A stretch of DNA of 64,000 nt, taken from contig OX597827.1 of the NCBI GenBank assembly GCA_951406725.2, forward strand, positions 36,084,001 through 36,148,000, read 5' to 3'. This document shows positions 50,981-64,000 of the stretch, piece by piece (within the stretch, counting starts at the first letter, position 1; the number at the start of each line of letters is the position of its first letter). The translations under genes and the position numbers were made by a program. Source of the DNA: Octopus vulgaris (taxonomy: Eukaryota). Below the pieces are notes generated by a model, which saw only the letters and a list, made by a program, of their open reading frames with translations, made no database searches and was not told the origin of the DNA.

Positions 50981-53170
50981 CATAATCATCATTTAATGTC
51001 TACTTTTCTAAGTTTGAATGGGTGAGACAGAATTTCCTGAAACAGATTTTCTATGGCCAGATGCCCATCCTGTTCCCAAGCAAGGTAATATTCCCCATGG
51101 CTAGGCATGTTTTTCACCAAGACTAGAAATGAACAACATCTCTAGTATGACAGTGATACTCGTTTATAATCATCACATGATGTCAAGACAAGGGCACACA
51201 CACACACACACACAGAAGACTCTTTCAGTTTCCATCTAACAAATCCACTTGCAAAGGCTTTGGTCAGCCTGGGACTATAGTAGAAGACACTTGCTCAAGT
51301 TACTGCACAAAGGGTCTGAAACCAAGACTAATGGTTGGGAGGTGAGCTTCTTAACTACACAACCATGTCTGATTATATATATATATATATATATACACTC
51401 ACACACAAACATATAATTCTTTTTTGGAACAATGCATCTTAAAGCAGACGAAGCTATCAAAGGATTTTTTAACCGAAGATGTGCATCCTATTATTTAAAG
51501 CTTTATCTGCTCCAAGATTCACCGTTCCAAAAAGAATTATTTCATGTTCTCTGAAAGCTTATACATTCCTATAATAATGACAATACACACACACACGCAT
51601 GTGTGCTTGTGTGTACTTATGTGTTTGGGGTAAGTACAGAATCCTTTTTAAGACCTCAACTACTTTGCAAACAAGACTCATTCATTAATAGTTGCAGTAT
51701 CTCTTAGCAGCTTCAACCATTTTGCAATTTTGCAGCGCACATCAATTTAGAATCATGTTCACTGTTTTATCAGCTACATTTCTAAATACATAATTATTAC
51801 CACAAATTTAATTAACATTATCATGAAAAAAATTTTCATCTTTGAGTGAGATTTAGATTTCAAGAAAGCAAGTCCCTAGTGGAATAAACTACAGGACTGC
51901 CTGATTAGAGCTGATATGGAGCTACAAACCAACATCTATTTTGAAATAAAACTGATATACAACATACCTAGACTGACCTGGTTCTAAGTTTGGGTAGACA
52001 GTTTATAGAGTTGGCAACAATAAAAAATTCATTGAGCATAGAGAGAGGCACTGAGCTGTAAAATTATAGCCAAAATATTAACAGATATCTAACATTTATT
52101 TAGATCATTTTCATCATAGTACACAGTTAACCTAATGGAAGGAAGCCAGTGGTAATTGCAGTGGCATTCTGAAAAAAAAAATTCTAGAGTTTTATGAAAA
52201 CTAGATTACATAGAAAAAAACTGCAATATTCAGTGAGTATGAGTTTCATCATCATCATTTAACATCTGTTTTCCATGCTGACAGGGTTGGAGAGTTTGGC
52301 AGGATCCAGTGAGCCCCAGGGCCATGCTGAACTCCAATATTAACTTTGGTATGGTTTTTATAGCTGGATGTCTTTCCTAAAGGCAACCACTTTACACTAT
52401 GTACTGCTTTTTAAAAAATTTGCTTCTTTTTTTACATGCCACAGGTACTAATGATGTCACCAAATAATTTGAAAGCTGAGAAAAGAATAGGACAAAGGCA
52501 AGTGGAAAAAGCTCCCTTAACTAAGTGGGCAGAGAGTATTTGAGATGGGGGAAGTGTTTTAGTGTCAGATGTCGCCAGGTTAAAAATATAACAATGGAAT
52601 AAGCATTCTTCATGTGTCTTTAACCAATGTTTTGTCTAAAATAATGTTTTTTTTATTTTTCAGATTGTCTAATTAGGAAAATTTGGCTTTCCAATCATGT
52701 GGTTTTGAGATCAGTCCTACTGTGCAGCACCATGGGGTAAGTGTCTTCAACTACAGCCCCAGACTGACCAAAACTTTCTAAAAGGATTTGGCAGATGGAA
52801 ACTGAAAGAAGCCTGGTATGTATGTACACACACACACAATGACATAAATATTTTGAAGAAGATCTTTAAGAAATGCAGGTGAGAAGTTAGGTAAAACATA
52901 TAGAGAGACAAGATATTGTATCACCCTATGTTGGTTGTTTATTTCTTCCATAATATTTCAGGAAAGCTCTGCTTTATCAAATATAAGATAGAAAATAATC
53001 CAAGAGATCAGATGCCGATAATAATACCTTTTTACTGGTGCTGATACTAACATCTTTTTTTTCTGATCTCTTGGATTATTTTCTATCTTATATTTGATAA
53101 AGGGTAATTTCCCCAAAATATAACAGAAGCAGTAAACAACCTATTCTGGGTGATACAATATCTTGCCTTT

Positions 53171-53390
53171 GAAGGTGGTGAGCTGGCAGAAACTTTAGCA
53201 CACTGGGCGAAATGCTTAGCAGTATTTTGTCTGTCTTTACATTCTGAGTTCAAATTCCGCTGCAGTTGACTTCACTTTTCATCCCTTCGGGGTCGATAAA
53301 TTAAGTACCAAGTGTTTACTGGGGTCAATCTAATTGACTGGACCCCCTCCCGCAAAATTTCAGGCCTTGTGCCTAGAGTAGAAAAGAATA
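53171..53390 (+). mobile_element. SINE family A copy with probable TSD
   Basis: Complete unit, flanked by AATATCTTG(T)CCTT at about 53157 and 53387. Confidence 0.85.
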
Positions 53391-54029
53391 TCTTGTCCTT
53401 GTCTTTATTGGTATCACCTTACATATTTCGTCTACCTTCTCAATCGCATTGCTTAAAGGTCTTTTTAAAAATATTTATATCATTTACACATTGCAATGCT
53501 TCAAGTAAATTACAGTAATCCATGCATACATGCTTGCAAACACACACATACATACTCAAACTCAAACAAAAACTGTCTGCATGGATCACATGGATATTAA
53601 AACTTTGTGTTTTATTGTTGTACTCTTCATGTGTCCTCAGCTTGCATAATTCTGCAGATATTTATAGATATTCTTGTGTAATGTGTATGAGAATGTGTGT
53701 GAACATCATCGCCATACACGCAAAGTTGTCCATTTCCACTCTTCTCTGAAAAACATGCCTGTATGATGACAACGTTCACTTACTACCATCATGTAATGTC
53801 TAGACAAGGGTACACACAAACATATAGTGGGTTTCTTTTAGTTTCCATCAGCCAAATTCACTCACAAGGCTTTGGTTGACCTGGGGGTTGGGATACAGAA
53901 GAAGATACTCGCCCAAGGTGTCAGGCAGAGGGACTGAACCTAGAATCATAAGGTTGGGAAGCAAGCACCTTAGCCACACTGCTATGCCTGTGTAACTACA
54001 TCTGCATTTGAACAATTGCTGATTGAATC

Positions 54030-54184
54030 CACTAGCATAGCTAGAGTGTGTGCCACCTGGGACAGCCCTTCAGTATGCCACTCCTGGGCCCCCACAAAAA
54101 ATACATATTGCTTACTGCAGACCCAAAAGTGGCACCTGCCTGGGGTGGACCACCCCCTATGTGTCTCCTCTAGCTACATTAGTG
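54030..54184. mobile_element. hAT-type MITE
   Basis: TIRs CACTAGCATAGCTAGAG / CTCTAGCTACATTAGTG with a perfect 8-bp TSD ATTGAATC (54022-54029, 54185-54192). Confidence 0.85.
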
Positions 54185-55689
54185 ATTGAATCTAAGTTGA
54201 ACAAAACCTTTAATCAGCTTTTTAAGTACAACTCTAAGTACATTGCATATCCAAGAGACCCCCTTTAATTATTAGGTAAAGCATTCATCATTACCACTTG
54301 AATGGTTTTTTGACGATTGACAAGTCCCTTAACCTCTTGGGAGTTGTTGGGGCACTGCAGCCATGCAGCATATCTAGGATAAGAAAACCTGGCAGAGCTC
54401 ATCTCTCTTAAGGCTAAACTCATTTCTACAGCTTTCCATGCTGGCATGGGTTGACTGAAATTGGTAAGCTGAAGAGCTGCACCCGGTTCCAATCTGATTT
54501 GGTGTGGCTTCTATGGCTGGATGCCCTTCCTAGATGTATTACACTCCAAGAGTGTAATAGGTGCTTCTTACATGCCACCGGCATGGGTACCAGTTATGTG
54601 ACACTGGCATTGGCCACAACTGCACTTTCACTTAGCTTGACGAGTCTTCTCAAGCATGGCAAATCGCCACACAATAGGCTTCTTTAAGTTTCCATCTAGC
54701 AAATCCACCCACACAGCTTTGGTCAGCTGGAGCTACAGTACAAGACATTTTCAAGTTGCCACTCAGTAGGACTGAACCCAAAACAATGTGGTTTGGAAGC
54801 AAACTTACCACACAGTAATGCCTGCACCTGAATATATATATATATATAAACAATAAGAGTCTGATGAACTGATGAAGGGTTAACGGAAAATGTTGAACAG
54901 ATGAATAAATTTGTGCAATGTGAAAAAAGCTGAATTCTGGTGATTTGGACAAAATCATTCTTCAGATAAGAAGTATCTCCAAAGACTCTGAAGGTGTTTC
55001 ACTGCTTTCATTCCAGAACAGGTGACCATAGAAGAACCCCTACAGAGGGAAACGAACTAATCATCCTCTTCACAAGAGCATTAGTAATGTAAGTGCCACA
55101 GCAGAGATTGAAACTGGTTCATGGAATAGCAATGTAAACAGTTCAGAAGATATCTTAGTTTGTTTCCATTACTCTCTCTTTCTTTCTTTCTCTTTATTCC
55201 TACAGGGTTATGAAGAAACATGATGAGGAATAAATAAGTGAATAAAATATATTATGCTCTAATGAAAGCATGGTATGGGCAAATAAGGTGGAAGGGAAGC
55301 TTATTTTAAGATATCTTCAAAAATACAAAAATATTTTTTTTCTTTCATAGACATTACAGTTCACACAACTCACTGATGTCTGCTGGTTGTGCTAAGCAAC
55401 ACATCTATCAATGAATATACAGACACACAGAGAAATACATTCAGCAGGGATTTGATTAAATATATGTCCAGATTCACGCTTTGTATATGCACGCACGCGC
55501 GCACACGAACACACACAAATATATAGTTTCTATTTCTAATTTTTCTTTCTGTAATTACCCAAAATTCAAGATATGAACAGGCAGATATTTCAAATTGAGG
55601 TCTGATCTCTCAGCAGACATATATAGGTAATATAGGTTAGTTTGACATGGTATTCTTTAACTTGGTATTACAGTTGCGTCGATGATAGG

Positions 55690-56140
55690 GACGACATGTG
55701 TGGACTGCCTGTGGATGCCCGGGGGGGCGGGAGAAGGGCAGTTTTTCAAAGTGAAGCCATGCTACAGCAGATCAGATATCGCTATCAAGTATACAGTGGA
55801 GAAAGACAGGTCGGAAGAGTGGATGGGAGGAAGGGTGGGGGAATAAAGATGCAAAATGCAGAATATGTTGGTGGTGGAGAAGATAAGTTTATAGAAGGCA
55901 TGGTGGGGATTATAAGGAGGAGGAGGGGAGAGATTCTATGGAGCAGATGCTGTAATAATAACCATAAAAGAAAGACAAAGGGTGGTAAGTAGATAGAGCC
56001 GCGGGTGGGATGGAGGTAGAGAGAGCGATCTCGAAAGACTTGGATGTCATGAGGCAGATGGCTTTCCTTTGGGATAGGAGAAGTGAGAATAAACAGCAAT
56101 GACCCTAAGTGGCTGTATTACTATTCCATATATGGCAGCA
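55690..56140 (-). mobile_element. Degenerate CR1/L2-group LINE 3' fragment
   Basis: Minus-strand remnants LPYME..YSHL and RKAICLM...LSFFYGYYYSICSIE resemble the RP.MEYCSHLW...QRKAIRLI...LSLFYRYY.G.CS.EL C-terminal region. Confidence 0.55.
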
Positions 56141-58009
56141 GTTAATTAATATGTATCTTGGAAAAGGCTTAAGAGCGTACTACTTTCTCAGTACTGTTGT
56201 TGTTTAACCCCAGATCAGGTCAAATTTAGCAGACCAATGATCAAAGGCGTTCCAATCGTGCCTCTCCTGTATTTCACCATGACATTAGATAAACTAGATG
56301 CCCTGTTATCCTGTAATTAAGAGCAGTAGGATGTGATCTGAATGAAGTTTAGCTACTATTTCTAGCTGTCGAGTAATCACGTATAGTTTCCTTCATTACC
56401 TCCGACGAGGAAACACCATACTACTTTGACATAATTTTTGAACACAGAATATTTCCACAGAAAATGATGAAGAAATTTTAACATTTCATCTCACATGCGC
56501 GCACCACACACACACACAACCAAGTACCAGATCGTAAATGTATGACGAGAGAATAATACATAATATATACTTTGAAAAAATATTTAATCAAAATAAACTA
56601 TACAACAATGTGTTTGTGTTTAAAAGCAAATAATGACTGCAATAATGCAACTTCACTGCAATGTCTTAGCCTTCCAAGACACACCAACACACAGCCACAC
56701 ACCTGTATATATCAAATGTACGTACACATGTATTTTAATACATACAACAATCACAAATTGATATTTAATACTATTACACGCGCGAAATAAAGTTCCTCTC
56801 CCCTTGATATTCGGCAAACATATAAATATATATATAATCATACACATACATATATACACACAAATGTATATAGCTACACAAACATCTACGCATGTATATA
56901 CATGCATAGATGCATATACACACACATGGATATACATGCATATACATACTAGGTTAAGTGTTTTATTTTTGCTATAGTTTTTGCACCACCCTGTTTATTA
57001 AAAGATTAAATTTTACGACATTTACGAGAATGGAATCAGATGTTATATACCAAAATAGAGATGGGGAAGAGGCGACGAAGTGGTAGCTGTGTATTTTACT
57101 TGTGTAGCGACTGATTCATACAAGAGACAGGATGAACGACAAATGAATACAAAAGTAAGGATATATAAATAATAATAATATATTTTTTAATATATTGGCA
57201 AGACAAATAAATAGATAGGGGTGAAGAAGAGATATGATCAGATTGTTAATGGTTATGATAATTATAATCGTATATATATATCGGAACAGATTATAATGTA
57301 CAAAACCTACTTGCAGCAAATCCCATTAAGAAAAAAGAGGTGTTGGAAGAGATGAGTTTTGCTACCGATTGTCATTAAAATGCCAAGATCGAAGGGTTTC
57401 CCTCTCTCCCTCTCGTACACGGAATACACACACACACATAATTTTTTACACAAATACACACACAAACACATAATTTTTACACAAATACACACACACACAA
57501 ACATATACAGGCATATATACTTGCACACAACCATACACATATATAGTATAGAACTCTACAGGCATTTTGTCTCTACAGGGGGGGGGGATCATCCATTAGT
57601 GGTCAAATCTCGAGGAGACGATGGAATGTATTGGAAATAATAATAATAATAATAATAATAGCAGCAAAATAACAAGAGAAAAAAAATATACATATAATCG
57701 TAATTGCTAATAGTAATAATAAATAATAAAACTACAATAAACAAACAATGAAGCATAGTAAATCACCGTAAGAGGAAAAAAAAATAAAAACAGAACCTCC
57801 AGGAACGAGCTTGCATTCTCTTTCACCCATGTGGTAGGAAGAAGAGAGATAGAAAGAAAATATACCGCTCTATATATATAATAATAGTAATAGATAGTTT
57901 CTTATGCTAAGGTACAATGCCACAGACTAATAAAGAGAAGAGGAACCATGAGAATGTGTAACGTTTATGCCTTTCTGAAGAACAATTTAATAGTAATAAC
58001 CGTACGTGT

Positions 58010-58053
<44 letters not shown>

Positions 58054-59544
58054 GATAGAGCAGTTTTAGTCACGTAATAATAATTATTATGAATGGTCGA
58101 ATCTGATATGCAATTTTGATTCCTACCCAAAATAATTTCACGTTAGTTATATTGGGAAAACAGTGTAATTCTTACTTTTCCCGTCTCTTGCACTATATAT
58201 ATATATACATATACGTCTTTTGTCTATTTTCATAAAGCTTCCCGTTGTATATATATATATAATCTTCGTGTCTAATCCGAATAAATAAACGATAGTGAAA
58301 AAATTAAGGATTTTCTTTTGACATAACTATGACATTCGCCGATTTTTATCTACTTTAGAGGCGTATATCCATTAAGAAAAAACCGATACATTGTAAATGC
58401 AAGAATTATAAAATAGTGTTGAAAAGAGGAAAATGAACAAGACTAAAAAAGCATGAACACCATTTACATAGAAAATAATAAAGATAAAGAATGATGATTA
58501 TTTCTGAAATTGGCACAAGATCAAGAAATTTATGGGGGAAGGGATACAGTCAATCAAATCGACCTCAGTACTTGACTGGTAGGAATTTAGTCTAACGTTC
58601 CACCGTTTCCGCCTCTCCCAAAATAATTATTTGTAATTAAAAAATAAAGTACTTAAAAAAATAATAAACCAGAAATAACGGTAACGAACAAGAAAAAAAA
58701 GGAAAATGACAAAGAAAAACAACTAGAAGACTATGTATTTCTTTCAGCTGAAAGCACAATGCCAATATTTGCAAGACAGTTGAATTCATCATTATATATT
58801 ATTAGTGGTAAGTGTTGATTGATCGACCAGTCGGATGAAAGACGAATTCGACCCTGAAGCAGTCAATGGTTTCTTTATTTGTCATTAAGGCAAAGCATGT
58901 TACTAGAAATAAACGAGTGTGTCTGTATCTATCTATCTTATAATATATATATTGAGGCGTTAAATTGTTTTACATTGGCACGAGACTACAAATTTGAGAA
59001 TGAAGTACAAAATCGACTATAGTACACAACTGGTATTTATTTCATCGGTCCTCGAAGAATAAAAACCAAAGTTGACTCTAATAGGATTTGAACTCAGAAG
59101 TAATATAATTATTCTTATCCTTTTCTTACTAGGTGAAAGGTCTTAAGCTTCCGGAATTGGGGGACTTTGGTTTGAAAATTCGTGCTTTTACCATATATTA
59201 AGGGTAAAAATCAGAAAAACAATAGCCTATCTTTTACAAGGGCCACAGAGCTTTAGGTTATGCGAAGTGGGGAGCTTGGGGAGAAGAAACTTTCATATCT
59301 TTCTCAAAGTCATTGGCGACGAAAATGGAATGGCTTTGTGGGGAATTGAAACTGAGTCGCAATAAAAATACAGAGATGTTAAACATTCTTAAGAATAGCT
59401 TGGTAAAGTAAGGTTTGCATTAGCCATTTAATTAGATTTAACAGTGCTGTGTGTACACACACACGCATATAATATACATACATATATATTTATATATATA
59501 ACGATAACAGAAGCGGCTTAGATTTTTTTTAAATAAAGACCGGC

Positions 59545-59602
<58 letters not shown>

Positions 59603-60546
59603 CACACACACATATATATATATATTTATATGTAGACACACATGCAGGACTATGCAATAGAAAATTAGAAAGAGTGCCAAAATCTAGATTATACTAAAAG
59701 AAAAACCAGTAATTTCGTTTTCGTAAAGATGTTGTTGGTAATGAGGAGCGAAACGAAATACCTTCAATGTTTCCGCAATTATAGTGAACCAACGAGAGAG
59801 AAAAGAACGGAAAATAAGAACAATTATAAAGAATATCTATCTATCTATTTATCTATCTTTCTATCTATTTATCTATGTGATGGATTAAGAAAGTTAACAG
59901 CTTATTTTAGTTTGCCAAAAGCTAAAAATAAACACATGCACAAAGTGTCAGGATAATATCTTCCCCAGGTGCACCATATCTTTAAAGAGTTTTTACAGGT
60001 AAATTTCCGTACACCTGGAAACGTTATTGCAAAGCTGTTGAAGGCAAAAAAGTTGTTGTGAAAGGCTATTTACTAACGTTACTGAGGCTATCAACACTTA
60101 ACGTCTGTGCACGCGCGCGCGCACACACACATTCTTTAATTGGTTTCAGTCATTGAACTGTTCCATGCAACAACCAACATTTGATCCTCATTTTGTGACC
60201 AGAAGTATCTATCGAAGGGCGTGCGAATAAATCTATCTATTTCAAAATGAAATACAAAATGAGTTTTGTGACTTTGTAACATTCATACCATTCCTGATCG
60301 CCGTGAATGAAAAGAAATTGCCAAAACAAGATAACGAACACGCAGAGAAAAGACATGCATCTCTCGCTATATGGGTGCATTATAAATGTAACTGTAAATT
60401 TGTATATATACACACGCGAGAGGAATGTTTAACAGGATCGTGACAGAAAGAAAACAACCCATTATGCTCTTTTATATTTTTTTCTAAGAGAGAAAAAAGA
60501 AGCAAAATTCAACAATAAGGATCTATGAAAGGTCCAAGATACTCAC

Positions 60547-60658
60547 CTAACTTCTGCATTGAGATCTACGCTCTGAGAAAGGTAATGAAGCCGGTTGAAG
60601 TGGCGCAATCTGAACTCCGATCGGCACAAAACAACTGCGCTAGAGGAGGAAGGCCATG
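60547..60658 (-). other. Candidate upstream non-coding (5'UTR) exon of the FAM53-like gene
   Basis: Unique, relatively GC/CpG-rich sequence with strong donor TAG|GTGAGT (60547/60546) and a possible acceptor CTCTGTCGTCTTAG|. It lies in the CpG-retaining zone. Linkage to FAM53 is inferred only. Confidence 0.45.
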
Positions 60659-61256
60659 CTAAGACGACAGAGATGTAGAGAGAAGTCGCAGAAACGGAGT
60701 AGGAGAATGTGGTGTTGGCTACAGGAGTAAAAGTGCATAGCTTAGAGAGTGATAGAGGAAGAGCAGCAGCTAGAGAATAGAGAGAATTGTTGTGGCTCTA
60801 GCTTACCCTCCCTCTCATACACACTATCTATTTTATTATATTTTATATTAGTTATCTATATGTACCTCCTCCCTCTTTCTTTGTCAGTATGTTCTCATAA
60901 CTCTCTCTACTTCACCTATTTGTCTACCTATTTTTCCCTTTTCTCCTCTGTCTATCTTGATCTCTCTTTTCCTTTCTTTTATATTTGTTTTCTCTTTTTC
61001 TTTCCTTCCCTTTTCTTTCCTGTAGTTCAGTCTCTCTCTCTCTCTCTCTCTCTACTCACGCGTATCTCTCCCTTTCTCTCTCTCACACGTATATATAACA
61101 CACACACACATATATATATACATACATACATATATATACATATATATATATATATACATATATATATTTATATATACATATATATATATATACATATATA
61201 TTTATACACATATATATATACATATTTATGTATTTATATCTGTGTATGCGCGCGCA

Positions 61257-61287
<31 letters not shown>

Positions 61288-62281
61288 GATAATGCAGTGA
61301 GTGTGACAGATAGATACGCACACACATACACACACAGAGTAAGAGAGAGAGAAAGATCGCAATTTATCTTTTCTCTTGGCTTCCCCTCTTTCTTACAATG
61401 AGAAAAGGAAGTGCTATTAGAACACTTACAAATATGCGCTCTTAAATGCAAACTCTAAAGCGTAAGAGCACGCACATATGTACACAAACACGCGGACACA
61501 TTTCTCAGTGTAAAGTCTTTAAGACATCAAATTGGTATGTTGCACGCACACACACATACGCGCACCATACACACACAAACCACATCTCTATGTGCATGTG
61601 TGTTTATGTGCATAATGTACATATCAATCTGTCTGTCTGTCTATCTGTCTGCCTGTCTGTCGATCAGTCTGTTTATCTACACACACACACACACATACAT
61701 ATATATATATAGAACATAAAAATGGATATCCGTCTGTTTCGACAATGATCAACTGAACTACCTATTCGTTCATTCTACTAACATTTAAGTGGCTGAGTAT
61801 TCCCAGACACTTGCACTCTTAGTGTACTCTTATCTTGGGGCCAAATCAGCATGGCACGGTGAATGATAAGGCTACCTGTCTGAAGTACAGGTACCACCCA
61901 TCCAACAAGCTTTCGCACAGAATTCGTCTACCCAACTTCACCCCCACGTGTACTTTACGATGAACCCTAAGTTGGCCTGCCTAAAGCTATGAGTAAAATA
62001 CTCATACTCGAGAAGCTCGCAGTAGGATCGAAACTGGGACTACTTGATTTTGAAGAAAACGTCTTAACCATTTAGCCACTCCTTCACTTTCTCTCTCTCC
62101 CCTCTCCCTCTCACACACAGATTTTTGTGTGTGTATTTTTATTGATCGCAGAAGTTACTGAGTGGTTCTAGTACCGAGAGTTTCGTGCTTTTTATCACCA
62201 AACCTTTGTCTTACTCGTGTGTGTGTGTGTGTATGTAGTGCTATTCTCCACAATGGAGAATAACGTTAATTGATCAACAGA

Positions 62282-62502
62282 ATGTATGTGTGTATGTATG
62301 TATGTATGTATGTATGTATGTATGTATGTATGTATGTATGTATGTGTGTATGTATGTATGTATGTGTGTGTATGTATGTATTATGTATGTATGTGTATGT
62401 ATGTGTGTGTATATATGTATGTATGTGTGTGTATGAATGTATGTATGTGTGTATGTATGTATGTATGTGTGTGTATGTATGTATGTATGTATGTATGTAT
62501 GC
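62282..62502. repeat. (TATG)n/(TG)n microsatellite
   Basis: Directly visible. Confidence 0.95.
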
Positions 62503-63003
62503 ATAGTGTTTACTTATTGACATGAGAAGGCAGCGGTGAGTTGTTTAATAAATAGCCAAATCGGAGTTTGAGAGAGAAGCGATGAAGCTGTAGAAGTGAT
62601 GAAAGAGTGCAAGATAAGAAAATGATAGCTGAAATAAATCACAGAAGGAAAGTACACAGAGTGTAAAGAGAGAGAGAAACAGACAGACAGAGAGACAGAT
62701 GAAGTGGGAGATGTGTTTATTCAGCTATTTATCAGGGTAATTGGGAGTTAAAGGTGGTGGCGGTGGTGAAGGATGATAAACTTGTTGGAAAAAGGGAGAG
62801 ATAGGAGAGGAGTAAGAGAGAGGGAGAGAGATGTAAGTCAGTATATCCAAATGCCTTTCAATTCCATTCATTCTGTCCTCATTCGTCCCTCTCTTCGGTG
62901 CCTGGAGACTTAGTGTTTGTTCATATTGACAGAGGCAGTAGTGGTTGTGAGTAGGTCTGTGGTTGGCAATCTTTGAAGTGTCAGTGCGGGTGTGTGGTGG
63001 AAG

Positions 63004-63090
63004 CAAGGGCCCGGGAACAGGGGGTGCAGCGTGTGCACCTGCACCCCTTGGAATTTTCAGGTGGTGCAAGATCAAAATTTGCACCCCTTA
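63004..63090. mobile_element. Possible DNA-transposon terminus with subterminal GCACCC/GGTGC repeats
   Basis: GC-rich CAAGGGCCCGGGAACAGGGGGTGCAG...TGCACCCCTT...TGCACCCCTT. No partner end is visible in the window. Confidence 0.35.
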
Positions 63091-64000
63091 CATAATTTTA
63101 CCAGTTTCAGAAAATAGTGTCTAAAAAATTATCTGCATAAGATGCTTGAAGCTAGATTTTGTTTCAAAGCAAAAACAAAGAATAAAAATAAATAAATAAA
63201 AGTGATGAAGCTGGGCTTAAAATTCGCAAAGGAATTTATGACTAACCAACTTCTGAAGCAAAGTAGCGTCAAAATAAAAAGTATGTGACAACAACAACAG
63301 TAGCAGCAAACAACAAGAACAACAACATGACCAGCATCTACGGCTACTCTTCAATACATAGCATTACTTGGATTCTTGAAGACAGCCCTATTCTGACAAA
63401 AATAACTCCAAAATCTTGTAATGCTGAAAATGTGTGAAGTTTTCTTGTCCTCTCTCAGTCTGTCACCTCTCTCAAGTTCTTTGTAGTTGATGTTGCTAAA
63501 GACTGACGACATGGTTGAATGGATTCGACTGTTTGACCTCAGCCTAAAATTGAAAGCCCTTTAAAAATTCTTTTATTTCATATTGGTTTTCTCATTTAGG
63601 TTGTTAGGTCCAAAGTTTGACAAGGGAACAAAATGATTTATTTTTATCTTTGATATCTAATGCTCATTGTTAAATGCTTTGGTACTTATTGCTCATTCGA
63701 AATACTAGTCCAGTTTAATAAAAAAAAAAAGATTTTGAAAAGAAATAAATGAAGACCAACCCCGAAATTACCTAATTTTCAAAGAAATGTATTCGACAAT
63801 TTCAGACTAATTTATATAAAAAGGAAATGATATTAAAAACATTACCTACCGTCATCCCGACACGGTTAACCACGAAGATCATTTCAGAGGTGCTTTTTTT
63901 GGCTCATAAGTCTAACCCTAGCTGAGGCCAGCACACAGGCTAATATGCTTTTAACAGGGGTCTTTCATTTTACTAATCTTAGCTGGTCCGAGGATTATAT

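Noticed and set aside
54855-54970. CTGATGA (twice, plus strand) and CTGAAGA with a hairpin (minus strand) next to (TA)n
   Set aside because: I could not assemble a convincing GAAA, stem III and stem I, so it is not counted as a hammerhead. It may be a decayed member.
62725-63084. 119-aa minus-strand ORF with KIANH...HNH...R...ERH, faintly like a GIY-YIG C-terminus
   Set aside because: Too degenerate to call, and its 5' part derives from a separate GC-rich repeat end.

Overview
AT-rich, repeat-dense eukaryotic (animal) DNA. The SINE and microsatellite content suggests an octopus-like cephalopod, but that assignment is inference. The window holds one protein-coding gene on the minus strand, a FAM53-family protein. 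It is built from five coding exons (17587-16538, 15189-15111, 13628-12013, 6170-6105, 2748-2212; 3348 nt, 1115 aa) with GT-AG sites and consistent phases. A long 5' intron probably runs to a candidate non-coding exon near 60.6 kb, in a CpG-retaining zone. The rest is mostly transposon debris: three SINE-like families, Dong/R4, RTE and CR1/L2 LINE fragments, a Penelope-type GIY-YIG fragment, a DD37E Tc1-like element, hAT and piggyBac MITEs, and a 1.76-kb compound microsatellite. The most interesting hidden signal is a set of at least six minimal type I hammerhead-ribozyme motifs in small non-coding elements, most of them within or beside (TA)n tracts and several with inverted-repeat structure. 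One sits behind a tRNA-like Pol III head, making it a candidate ribozyme-bearing SINE. The best-preserved cores are antisense to the host pre-mRNA.
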